A stretch of DNA of 64,000 nucleotides from an uncultured delta proteobacterium (GTDB lineage: Bacteria > Myxococcota > Myxococcia > Myxococcales > Anaeromyxobacteraceae), in assembly GCA_963845515.1 (NCBI GenBank), contig CAWJSR010000028.1, positions 196,039 through 260,038 of the forward strand, written 5' to 3'. Positions 55,246 through 64,000 of this stretch are shown in pieces (the stretch's first letter is position 1; each line of letters opens with the position of its first letter). Made by a program: the position numbers and the translations under genes. The notes below the pieces were generated by a model. The model saw only the letters and a list, made by a program, of their open reading frames with translations. It did no database searches and had not been told where the DNA came from.

Positions 55246-56293
55246 ATGCACGCCGCCGACACGCCACGCCTGAAACTCGCCGTCATCGGTGCCGGCATGG
55301 CCTCGACGCCGCACTGGCGCAGCCTGACCGACCTGCGCGACCAGGTCGAACTGCGCTGGGTCGGCGCACTCACGCCGCGTCGTCTGCAAGGGCTGCCGCT
55401 GCCCGACGGCGCGCGCACCACCACGCGGCTCGACGACATCTTCGAAGACCGCAGCACGCAGGCCGTGCTGCTGCTGACGCCGCCGCACACGCACCTGGAA
55501 CTGGCGCAACGCGCGGCGCGTGCCGGCCAGCATGTGCTGATGGAAAAGCCGCTCGAGATCGACCTGGCGCGCGCATTGACGCTGGTCGACACCTTCGACA
55601 AGGCCGGGCTGACCCTGGCGGTGGTGCTGCAGCACCGGCTGCGCGAAGGCGCCTTGCGCCTGGCGGAGCTGGTGCGCTCGGGCGCGCTCGGCCCGCTGGT
55701 CAGCGCCGCGGCCTTTGCGCGCTGGTGGCGGCCGCAAAGTTACTACGACGAACCCGGCCGCGGCACGCTGGCGCGTGACGGCGGCGGCGTGCTGATCACG
55801 CAGGCCATCCACACGCTCGACCTGTTCATCAGCCTGACGGGCCTGCCCGAGCGTGTCACCGGCCTGGCCCACACCAGCCGCGTGCACCGCATGGAGTGCG
55901 AGGACACGGCCGCGGCGCTGCTGCAGTTTGCCGGCGGCGCGACGGCGGTGGTGCAAGCCACCACGGCAGCGTACCCGGGCTTTGCCGAGCGCATCGAACT
56001 GAACGGCACGCTGGGCACGGCGACCTACGAGTCGGGCGAACTCAAGGCCCAGCTGGCCAGCGGCGAAACCATCCAGGCCGGCGCGCGGCAGGCCACCGGC
56101 GGCGGCGCCGACCCGATGGCCTTCGACCACGCGCCGCACCGTGCCGTGCTGCAGGACTTCGTGCGCGCGGTCGCAGCGGCAGCGCACCGGCGACCTCCGG
56201 CCGTTCCGCGCTGGCGGTGCAACGCGTGATCGAAGCCATCATGGCCTCGGCGCGAAGCGGCGCGCCGTCAGCATCGACACTGCGGCACGCTGA
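55246..56293 (+). CDS. Gfo/Idh/MocA oxidoreductase (3' end approximate)
   Basis: VIGAG, TPPHTH, HVLMEKP, GGGVLITQAIHTLD. Confidence 0.9.
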
Positions 56294-56334
56294 AACCCGG
56301 CGATCGTCGCCGACCCCACCGACAAAGGAGCACC

Positions 56335-57325
56335 ATGAGTTTCGACACAGCGGCACGAGCGCACGGCGCGGCGTTCACCCCCAGCACCCGCTACCCCGAC
56401 CCGGCCATCGAAGTGCTGGACCCGGCCTTCCTGAAGCTGCGCCTGTTCAGCGCCAGCGTCGAGCAGCTGGCCAGCGGCTGCCGCTGGGCCGAAGGGCCGC
56501 AGTGGTTCGGCGATGGACGCTATCTGCTGTTCAGCGACATCCCCAACAACCGCATCCTGCGCTGGGACGAATGCACCGGCAGCGACCGCCGTGTTCCGCG
56601 CGCCGTCCAACAACGCCAACGGCCTGGCGCGCGACCGCCAGGGCCGGCTGCTGGCCTGCGAGCACCTGACGCGGCGCGTGACGCGCACCGAATACGACGG
56701 CTCGATCACCGTGCTGGCCGACCGCTTCGAGGGCAAGCGCCTGAACTCGCCCAACGACATCGTCTGCGCGCGCGACGGCAGCATCTGGTTCACCGACCCG
56801 CTGTTCGGCATCGCCGGCCACTACGAAGGCGCGCCGGCCGACAGCGAGACGCCGTGGGCGGTGTACCGCATCGACCCGAGCAGCGGCGCGCTGCAGAAGA
56901 TGATCGACGACATCGCCGCGCCCAACGGCCTGGCCTTCACGCCCGACGAGCGCGGCCTGTACGTGGTGGAAAGCCGCGCCGAGCCGCACCGCAAGATCTG
57001 GCTCTACGACCATGCGGCCGACGGCCGCCTGTCGAACAAGCGCCTGTACGTCGACGCGCAGGGCCCGGGCGCCTACGACGGCATCGCGGTGGATGCGGCC
57101 GGCAACGTCTGGTGCGGCTTCGGCACCAACGGCGCGCCCGATGCCGACGCCGCGGCGCTGGACGGCGTGCGCGTCTACGACCCTGCCGGCAAGGCCATCG
57201 GCCACATCCACCTGCCCGAGCGCTGCGCCAATCTGTGCTTCGGCGGCGCGAAGAACAACCGGCTGTTCATGGCGGCGAGCCATTCGCTGTATGCGCTGTT
57301 CGTCAATGTGCAGGGGGCGGTCTGA
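56335..57325 (+). CDS. SMP-30/gluconolactonase family lactonase, frameshifted
   Basis: WAEGP, FSDIPNN, NANG, LNSPND, FTDP, PNGLAF, DGIAVD, ANLCFGG. Confidence 0.92.
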
Positions 57326-57339
57326 GCGGCGCCGCAGTC

Positions 57340-58225
57340 ATGGCTGGCCCCTTCGAATTGAGCCGTGACGCCAGCGTCTGGGTGCGCGCGTGATCGGTCT
57401 GCGACCTCGCGGCCGAGCTGTCGCCGCAGGCCTTTGACGGAGCTGTACCAGGCCTTCCTGCGCGCACAAGGTGCTGGTATTCGCGCCGCTCGATCTGCCG
57501 TCGGCCGCGCAGGTGGCCTTCGCCCGGCGTTTCGGCGAGGTGCAGGTGCACGTGATGTCGGTCTATCACGCCGATGGATTCCCCGAGCTGTACCGGCTGT
57601 CGAACCTGGACGAACAGGGCCGCCCAGCGGCAAGCACCCCGACAAGGGCACGATGTCCTGGCATACCGACGGTTCGTGGCAGCGCCTGACCGGCCAGGCG
57701 ACGATCATCTATGGCGAACAGGTGCCCCCGGTCGGCGGCGAGACCCACTTCTGCGACATGGCCGGCGCCTACGAACGTCTCGACGCCGGCTGGAAGCGGC
57801 GCATCGCCGGCCTGCGCGCGGTGCACAACCTCGACTTCTCGCGCACGCGCCGCCATGCCGAGGACCCGCTCAGCGAGGCGCAGCGCCTGGCCAAGCCGCC
57901 GGTCGACCATCCCGTGGTGCGGGTGCACCCCGAGACCGGGCAGCGCTGCCTGTACCTGGGCGACCACGCCGAGTCGATCGTGGGGCTGCCCTACGACGAA
58001 GGGCGCGCCTTGATCGAAGAGCTGAACGCGCTGGCGGTTTCACATGCCGACCTGCGCTACGAGCACCGCTGGCAGCCGCACGAACTGATCGTCTGGGACA
58101 ACCGCAGCCTGCTGCACCGCGCCACCGCCTTCGACACCGATCGGCATGCGCGTGTGGTGCGGCGCTGCACCGTGCTGGGCGAGGCGCCGGTGGGCGATGC
58201 ACAGGGGCGCGCGGCCGGGCAATGA
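57340..58225 (+). CDS. TauD/TfdA Fe(II)/2-oxoglutarate dioxygenase, frameshifted
   Basis: WHTDGS (HxD), GGETHF, HPVVRVHPETG, WDNRSLLHRA. Confidence 0.9.
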
Positions 58226-58280
58226 GCGGCGCTGGGCTCTGCCAAGGCCTGGACGCAATGGGTCCAGCTTGGGGGCGATC

Positions 58281-58307
58281 TGTCGAAAACCGACCCGGTC
58301 ATCCGTC
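58281..58307 (+). promoter_or_regulatory. Putative ECF42-type sigma promoter
   Basis: TGTCGA-N17-CGTC about 47 bp upstream of a VOC/PhnB gene. Confidence 0.55.
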
Positions 58308-58354
58308 GACAGCATGCCGACATCCCTGCCGGCGACCTTGACACCAGGAGCCCC

Positions 58355-58804
58355 ATGTCCACCACCCTCACTCCTTACCTCAGCTTCGGCGGCAACACGC
58401 GCGAGGCCTTCGCGTTCTACGTACAAGCGCTCGGCGCCACGATCCAGGCGATGCTGAGCTACGCCGACATGCCGGCCTCGGCAGCGCCCGCAGAAGGCTG
58501 CGGCGACGCCGGCCCACCCACGGGCGACGGCATCATGCATGCCTGCCTGTTGCTGCCCGGCGGCGCCATGCTCTTTGCCGGCGACACGCCGCCCGGCATG
58601 CCCTACGAGGGTGTCAATGGCGTGATGCTGGCGCTGCAGTACGACACCATCGACCAGGCCCATGGCGCCTTCCAGGCGCTGTCGCAAGGCGGGCAGGTGA
58701 CGATGCCGCTGGCGCCCACGTTCTGGGCCAAGACCTTCGGCATGCTCACCGACCGGTTTGGCGTGAGCTGGGCAGTCAACGGCGAGCCGATTGCGTTCCA
58801 GTAG
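58355..58804 (+). CDS. VOC/PhnB (YjdN-like) protein
   Basis: LTPYLSFGGN.REAFAFY, IMHA, MPLAPTFWA..FGMLTDRFGVSW. Confidence 0.92.
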   Translation: MSTTLTPYLSFGGNTREAFAFYVQALGATIQAMLSYADMPASAAPAEGCGDAGPPTGDGIMHACLLLPGGAMLFAGDTPPGMPYEGVNGVMLALQYDTIDQAHGAFQALSQGGQVTMPLAPTFWAKTFGMLTDRFGVSWAVNGEPIAFQ

Positions 58805-58846
58805 GTCGGCTACCCTTCGCTCTCCCTCACCCCTGGAGAGCCCGCC

Positions 58847-60249
58847 GTGTCCGACGCCCTGTGGTCCTGGTCCGCCCAACGCCTGTCCGCCGCCATCCGC
58901 AACGGCGCCATCTCCGCCCGCGAGGCCACTGCCTCCAGCCTTGACCGGGTGCAGGCCGTCAACCCGGCGCTCAACGCCATCGTCGACCTGCTGGCCGACG
59001 AGGCGCTGGCCGCGGCCGATGCGGCCGATGCCGCGCGCCGCCGCGGCGACGCGCTGGGCCCGCTGCATGGCGTGCCGGTGACGGTCAAGGTCAATGTCGA
59101 CCTGAAGGGCCGCGCCACCACCAACGGCGTGGTCGCGTTCAAGGACAACATCGCCACCGAGGACAGCCCGGTGGTGGCCAACCTGCGTCGCGCCGGCGCG
59201 GTGATCATCGGCCGCACCAACACGCCGGCCTTCTCGGTGCGCTGGTTCACCGAGAACGACCTGCACGGCCGCACGCTCAACCCCTGGTCGCGAGATCACA
59301 CCCCCGGCGGCTCCAGCGGCGGCGCGTCATCGGCGGTGGCCGCCGGCATGGGCGCCATCGCTCATGGCAACGACCTGGCCGGCTCGGTGCGCTACCCGGC
59401 CTATTGCACCGGCGTGCGCCGGGCTGCGGCCGTCCTTCGGCCGCGTGCCGGCCTACCTGCCCAGCGCCAAGGACGAGCGGCCGATCTCGATGGCGATGAT
59501 GTCGGTGCAGGGCCCGCTGGCGCGCCATGTGGCCGACCTGCGCCTGGCGCTGCAGGCCATGAGCGTGGGCGATGCGCGCGACCCGTGGTGGGTGCCGGCG
59601 CCACTCAGTGGGCCCGGCTCTGCCGCGGCAGGTGGCGCTCAGCGTCAACTGCCAGGGCGTGCCGGCCGACCCGGCGGTGGTGGCCGCGGTGCGCCAGGCC
59701 GGCGCCTGGCTGGCCGACGCAGGTTATGTGGTGGAAGAGGTCGAGCCGCCCAGCCTGGCCGAAGCGCAGCAGCTGTGGATGTCGATCGGCAACGACGAAG
59801 CGCGCCAGTTCATGTGGCCTGCCGTGCAGCAACTGGGCGACGAAGGCGTGCGCCGCTCCTTCGGCTGGATGCTCGATGGTTCGCCGGTGCTGGACCATGC
59901 CGCACACCTGCGCGCCTTTGCCAAGCGCGCCACGCTGCAACGCCGCTGGCAGTTGTTCATGGACAACTTTCCGCTGGTGCTGTGCCCGGTGTCGGGGGAG
60001 CCGCCCTTCCCCTGGGGCTGGGACGTGCAGGACCGCGACACGATGGACCGCGTGATCCGCGCGCAGGAATCGCAGTTCGCAGTGCCGGTGCTGGGCCTGC
60101 CCGCGGTGTCGGTGCCCACCGGCCTGGCCGGTGCGCTGCCGATGGGTGTGCAGCTGATCGGCCCGCGCTTCCGCGAAGACCTTGTGCTCGACGCGGCCGA
60201 GGTCATCGAGGCGCGCTGCCCGCCGATCACGCCGATCGACCCGCGCTGA
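58847..60249 (+). CDS. Amidase signature family protein, frameshifted
   Basis: GPLHGVPVTVK, IGRTNTP, GGSSGG, GNDLAGSVRYPA, LPMGVQLIG. Confidence 0.92.
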
Positions 60250-60253
60250 CCGG

Positions 60254-61183
60254 TCATTCGGGCGCGCCGTCCAGCAGCGCGCGCACCAGCAGCTGCACAC
60301 CCGGCTGAGTCTGCGCCTGCGCGCTGCTGCAGATCAGCAGGCGGCGTTTCGCCCAGGCGTCCTGCAGCGGCGCGATCTGCACTGCGGCCTCGCGCCAGCG
60401 CTGCGACGCGCTCAGCGGCACCACGGCCACACCCACACCGGCTTCGACCAGCCCCGCCACCGCGTCGAAGTTGCCGACCCGCACGCGGTGGTGCGGCACG
60501 CGCCCGCTGCGCGCCGCCTGCTGCAGCAGAAAGCGGCTCAGGCCACTTTGTGCCGGCAGCCCGACAAAGGGCCGCTCCAGCAACTGCGCAAAACGCAGCG
60601 GCTGCACGCGGGCATGGACACGCACGCGCCGGCGCGGGGCCGGCAGCAGCGCGACCAGGTCGTCGGCCAGCCAGGGCTGCACCACCAGGCCGCTGCAGTC
60701 CACGTGGTCGGCCACGATGCCCAGGTCGGCCACGCCGCGGCGCAGTGCGTCGAGCACGGCATCGCTGGGCAGCTCCTGCAGGTCCAGGTCGATGTCCGGA
60801 TGTTCGACCAGGAAGCGGCCCAGCCGCGGCGGCAAGGCCTCGGCCAGCGCGGCGGTGTTGCACAGCAGGCGCACCGATCCGCGCAAACCCTGGCCGAATG
60901 CCGCCATCTGCACATGCAGCGTGTCCAGCTCGGCCAGCACGCGATGCGCCTGGCGGGCCAGCGCGCGGCCTGCGTCGGTGGCGGCCGCGCCGGCCTTGGA
61001 GCGTTGCAGCAGCGTCGCGCCGACGCGATGCTCCAGCGTCTTCAGCCGCGTGCTGGCTGCAGCCAGCGACAGGTTCATCGCCTGCGCAGCGGCGGTGATG
61101 CTGCCGTGCTCCAGCACCGCGGCAAACAGCCGCAGATCGAAGGGGTCGACGCGGTAGTCGAGCGAGCGGCGCGCAGCGGGCAT
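60254..61183 (-). CDS. LysR family regulator
   Basis: DLRLFAAVLEHGSITAAA...STRLKTLE, GSVRL, LVEAGVGVA. Confidence 0.92.
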   Translation of the reverse strand: MPAARRSLDYRVDPFDLRLFAAVLEHGSITAAAQAMNLSLAAASTRLKTLEHRVGATLLQRSKAGAAATDAGRALARQAHRVLAELDTLHVQMAAFGQGLRGSVRLLCNTAALAEALPPRLGRFLVEHPDIDLDLQELPSDAVLDALRRGVADLGIVADHVDCSGLVVQPWLADDLVALLPAPRRRVRVHARVQPLRFAQLLERPFVGLPAQSGLSRFLLQQAARSGRVPHHRVRVGNFDAVAGLVEAGVGVAVVPLSASQRWREAAVQIAPLQDAWAKRRLLICSSAQAQTQPGVQLLVRALLDGAPE

Positions 61184-61265
61184 GGGCTTTCCTTCGGTTT
61201 TGGCGAAGCATAGGTCAGGCACTGGCCGATGGACGGCCGTGCGCACCGGACGCGAAGATGCCGCC

Positions 61266-61994
61266 ATGGACGGAATGCAGGTGTGGGCCGTGGCGGCCGT
61301 GTTCGTGTTGGCGGGCGCCGTCAAGGGCATCACGGGCATGGGGCTGCCCACGGTGGCAGTGAGCCTGCTGGGACTGTGGATGGCGCCGATGCAGGCAGCC
61401 GCGCTGCTGGTGCTGCCGTCCCTGGCGACCAACATGGCACAGTGCGCGGGCCCGCACGGGCGCGCGCTGGCAACTCGACTGTGGCCCGCGTGGGGGGCAT
61501 TGGCCGTGACCACGCTGGCCTGGCCGCAGGCGCCATCGGTGCCGGGCGCGCGGTATGCGTTGGGAGTGGTGCTGGTGCTGTATGGCCTGTTCGGACTGTG
61601 GCGGCCCGTCCTGGCAGATCTGTCGCGCACGGCGCCCCGACGCGGCCCGGCGATCGCCGGGCTGGTCGGCGCCGCCACCGGCATCGTCACGGCCGCAACC
61701 GCGGTGTTCGTGATGCCGCTCGTGCCCTACCTGCAGGCACTGCGGCTGCACAAGGACGAGATGGTGCAGGCGCTGGGCCTGTCGTTCACGGTGGCCACGC
61801 TGGCGCTGGCGCTGCGCCTGCAGGCTGCCGACCAACTGTCGCTCGGTCCCTCGTCCGTGCTGGCGCTGGTCGCGGCCTTCGGCGGCTTGTGGCTCGGTGC
61901 GCGGCTGCGGCGGCGCATCAGCGGAACGGCCTTCCAGCGCGCGCTGTTCGTCGTCTTCATCGCGCTGGGCCTGGCCAACCTGCTGCGAGGGTGA
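61266..61994 (+). CDS. TauE/SafE family exporter
   Basis: AGAVKGITGMGLP, PSLATN; about 8 TM segments; divergent from LysR. Confidence 0.88.
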   Translation: MDGMQVWAVAAVFVLAGAVKGITGMGLPTVAVSLLGLWMAPMQAAALLVLPSLATNMAQCAGPHGRALATRLWPAWGALAVTTLAWPQAPSVPGARYALGVVLVLYGLFGLWRPVLADLSRTAPRRGPAIAGLVGAATGIVTAATAVFVMPLVPYLQALRLHKDEMVQALGLSFTVATLALALRLQAADQLSLGPSSVLALVAAFGGLWLGARLRRRISGTAFQRALFVVFIALGLANLLRG

Positions 61995-61997
61995 TTC

Positions 61998-62170
61998 ATG
62001 CAAGACGTTGCGGCATCGCTGGAGCGTGCCTATCGCATGGCGCTGCTGCTGCACGCTCACGTGGCCGACGGCAGCGACGAGGCCGCGTTCGAGACGATGG
62101 CACTGGCCGGCGAACTGGTGGCTCTGCTCGACGATGCACGCGTGGCGCTGCTGCTGCATTCCCAGGCCAT
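61998..62170 (+). CDS. Possible small helical hypothetical protein (no stop codon identified)
   Basis: MQDVAASLERAYRMALLLHAHV...ELVALLDDARVALL with host-like codons; 3' end unclear. Confidence 0.35.
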
Positions 62171-62188
62171 GTTCGGCACTGTCCTACA
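62171..62188. promoter_or_regulatory. Palindromic operator copy 4 (GTTCGG-CACTGT-CCTACA), upstream of the PRC-barrel gene
   Basis: Its reverse complement TGTAGGACAGTGCCGAAC is 16/18 identical to the copy at 31458-31475. Confidence 0.65.
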
Positions 62189-62285
62189 GGCGCACGGCAC
62201 CCGTTCCGGCCGACACGCGCAGCCGCCCGCCGCAAGATGCATCCACGGCATGCACGGTGCATGCCTTCCCTTCAAGGAGATCCTG

Positions 62286-62650
62286 ATGAACAGCACCACC
62301 ACCTCCACCCACGCCTCCGTCATTTCTTCGGACCACGTCGAAGGCACCAAGGTCTACAACACCGTCGGCGACAAGCTCGGCTCGATCGACGACCTGATGA
62401 TCGACAAGGTGTCCGGCCAGGTCCGTTATGCGGTGCTGGAGTTCGGCGGCTTCCTGGGCATGGGCACCGACCGCTACCCGCTGCCGTGGAACATGCTGAA
62501 GTACGACACCACGCAAGGAAGGCTACGTCGTGCCGCTGGACAAGGACCGCCTGGAAGACGCGCCGCGCTACGCCTCGGAAGAGCGGCCGGAGATACGACG
62601 ACGCCTATGGTCGCCGTGTCAACGACTACTACGGCGTGCCGTACCTGTAG
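62286..62650 (+). CDS. PRC-barrel domain protein, frameshifted
   Basis: ISSDHVEGTKVYN, IDDLMIDKVSGQVRYAVLEFGGFLGMG, PLPW; SD AAGGAG. Confidence 0.92.
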
Positions 62651-62712
62651 GCCTGGGGCCCAGCCAGGAGCGCGAGCCCTCAGCGCGCTCCGGGCGTCGC
62701 TGCGCGATGGCG

Positions 62713-63354
62713 TCAGCCCTTGCGCGGCACCATCAGCAGGTACAGGCTGAAGCCCAAGACCCACGCCGGAAACAGCAGCGCCGCCCACAGCGTCTGCGTC
62801 GAACCGAAGACCAGCAGTGCGGCCAGCAACCAGGTGCCCCAGACAAAGGCTCGCGGCATCGCACCGGTGCGATGGCACAGCGTGGCCAATGAAAACATGA
62901 ACACGCCGGCCATGCGCAGCGCGTAGGTGTTGGTCAGCTCGTAGGTCAAGCGGCTGCCGAAGGTGTAGGTGCCGCTGTCGAAGAAGCGCTCGCCGTACTG
63001 CGCGTGCGCCGCCAGCAGCGCCTGCGTTCCCGCCGCCGCGACAAAGCACATGGCCAGGAAGAGCACACCGCTGCCGAAGTACACCGACGCCAGGAAGCGG
63101 TCCTCTCGTGCGCCGATGTGCGTGCGCACCACGCCGATGAACCACAGGAAGGCGATGCCGCCCCAGGCCAGCAGGTGCGTGGCCAGGCGCAGGTTGCCGG
63201 CCGGGTCGGCGAGCCAGCCGCCACGTTCGACGATCGATCCCGGAATCGACAGCCGCACCATCAGCAAGGCCGCGCCGAACAGCAGCGCGAAGGCGACACC
63301 GGCCACGGCCGCCGCGCGCGGCACGGCGCTCAGCGACGGCGGGTCTTCGTTCAC
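62713..63354 (-). CDS. Hypothetical integral membrane protein
   Basis: About 6 TM segments; GIAFLWFIGVVR..IGAREDRF motif. Confidence 0.75.
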   Translation of the reverse strand: MNEDPPSLSAVPRAAAVAGVAFALLFGAALLMVRLSIPGSIVERGGWLADPAGNLRLATHLLAWGGIAFLWFIGVVRTHIGAREDRFLASVYFGSGVLFLAMCFVAAAGTQALLAAHAQYGERFFDSGTYTFGSRLTYELTNTYALRMAGVFMFSLATLCHRTGAMPRAFVWGTWLLAALLVFGSTQTLWAALLFPAWVLGFSLYLLMVPRKG

Positions 63355-64000
63355 TTCAGGTCCTGGGCCAGCGCCGTGGCGTTCTGCGCGGTCAACCCGA
63401 AGATCGACAGCTGCGGGTTGGCGCCGATGCTGGTGGGGAACACCGACCCATCCATCACCGACAGGTTGGCCAGCTGGTGATGCCGGCCGCGGCTGTCGAC
63501 CACGCCGCGCTTGGGGTTCTGGCTCATCGCGCAGCCGCCCATCAGGTGCGCGGTGAACAGCGTGGCGCGGAACTTCTTCAGCGGCAACTCGGCGATGGCC
63601 TTCTTCGCGTCGCCCCAGCTCGTTGCATAGCGCGCGTCGATGTGCGCCGAACGCACCTTCTGGGCACCGGCCGCGAACTGAAGTTCAGCCATGCTCAGCC
63701 AGGCGCGGCGTGCGCCCTCCCACACGTAGTCGCTCAGGTCGTAGTCCAGCATCGGGCTGCCGTCGTCGGCCAGGCGTACGCTGCCGCCGGGGCTTTGTTC
63801 GACGAAGCCGTCGCGCAGCAGCGCCAGCACGGCGTTGCTGTGCGCCAGTGCCGCCATCTCGCGCTTCAGATCGTCACCGAACGCATTGAGCACGCCCGCG
63901 CCGATGCCGGGAAAGATTGGCGGCACCTCGAGCTTGTAGCCCATCGGCCCGGTGGCGCCGTCCTTCCACTGGAAGTGGTCGGAGGCAATGGACTGCGGCG
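63351..64000 (-). CDS. GMC family oxidoreductase, C-terminal part (runs off the window)
   Basis: TAHLMGGCAM, GVVD, NLSVMDGSVFPTSIGANPQLSI. Confidence 0.88.
   Translation of the reverse strand, partial: PQSIASDHFQWKDGATGPMGYKLEVPPIFPGIGAGVLNAFGDDLKREMAALAHSNAVLALLRDGFVEQSPGGSVRLADDGSPMLDYDLSDYVWEGARRAWLSMAELQFAAGAQKVRSAHIDARYATSWGDAKKAIAELPLKKFRATLFTAHLMGGCAMSQNPKRGVVDSRGRHHQLANLSVMDGSVFPTSIGANPQLSIFGLTAQNATALAQDLK

Noticed and set aside
50934..55778. 1614-aa ORF looking like a DctP-DctM-dehydrogenase-amidohydrolase fusion
   Set aside because: A chimera of separate genes joined by indels and the scarcity of stop codons at high GC; each gene has its own start and stop.
61998..62750. 250-aa N-terminally extended PRC-barrel protein
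   Set aside because: A strong SD and ATG at 62286 plus promoter motifs at 62171-62238 argue for a separate start.

Overview
High-GC chromosomal window, most likely from a Burkholderiales betaproteobacterium (Rubrivivax/Ideonella/Aquabacterium-like; inferred from gene content and codon style). Many genes are broken by single-base indels, including in clearly functional operons. This points to long-read consensus error, so coordinates of frameshifted genes are my reconstructions. In order, the window holds: SDR-GFA-gloA-paiB; a DUF433/DUF5615 toxin-antitoxin (TA) pair; a TRAP transporter plus class III aminotransferase; edd-eda with a HexR operator; hemerythrin; a patatin-POTRA-barrel protein; chaC and a thioesterase; a lower-GC islet with two PEP-CTERM genes and a sigma-54 promoter; a purine cluster (two deaminases, BMP ABC transporter, guaD, LysR, xdhAB); a ~450 bp nested inverted-repeat element; stress-type genes; a membrane protein with a TIR-like C-terminus plus a yggL-like gene; cca; a K+ channel; an XRE-STAND-TPR regulator with a divergent methyltransferase-hydrolase-GNAT operon; TA remnants; phaE-like/phaC/GNAT; an oxidative uronate regulon with twin FadR-type operators; TauD, VOC, amidase, LysR/TauE, PRC-barrel and a partial GMC oxidoreductase. 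I found no rRNA, tRNA, CRISPR array or intact transposase. The most notable signal is a palindrome (TGTAGG-N6-CCTACA-like) upstream of three unlinked stress-type genes, each with its centre exactly 53.5 bp from an nAnnnT -10-like hexamer, suggesting an uncharacterised general-stress regulon. The nested repeat element and the TIR-like membrane protein are the next most notable.
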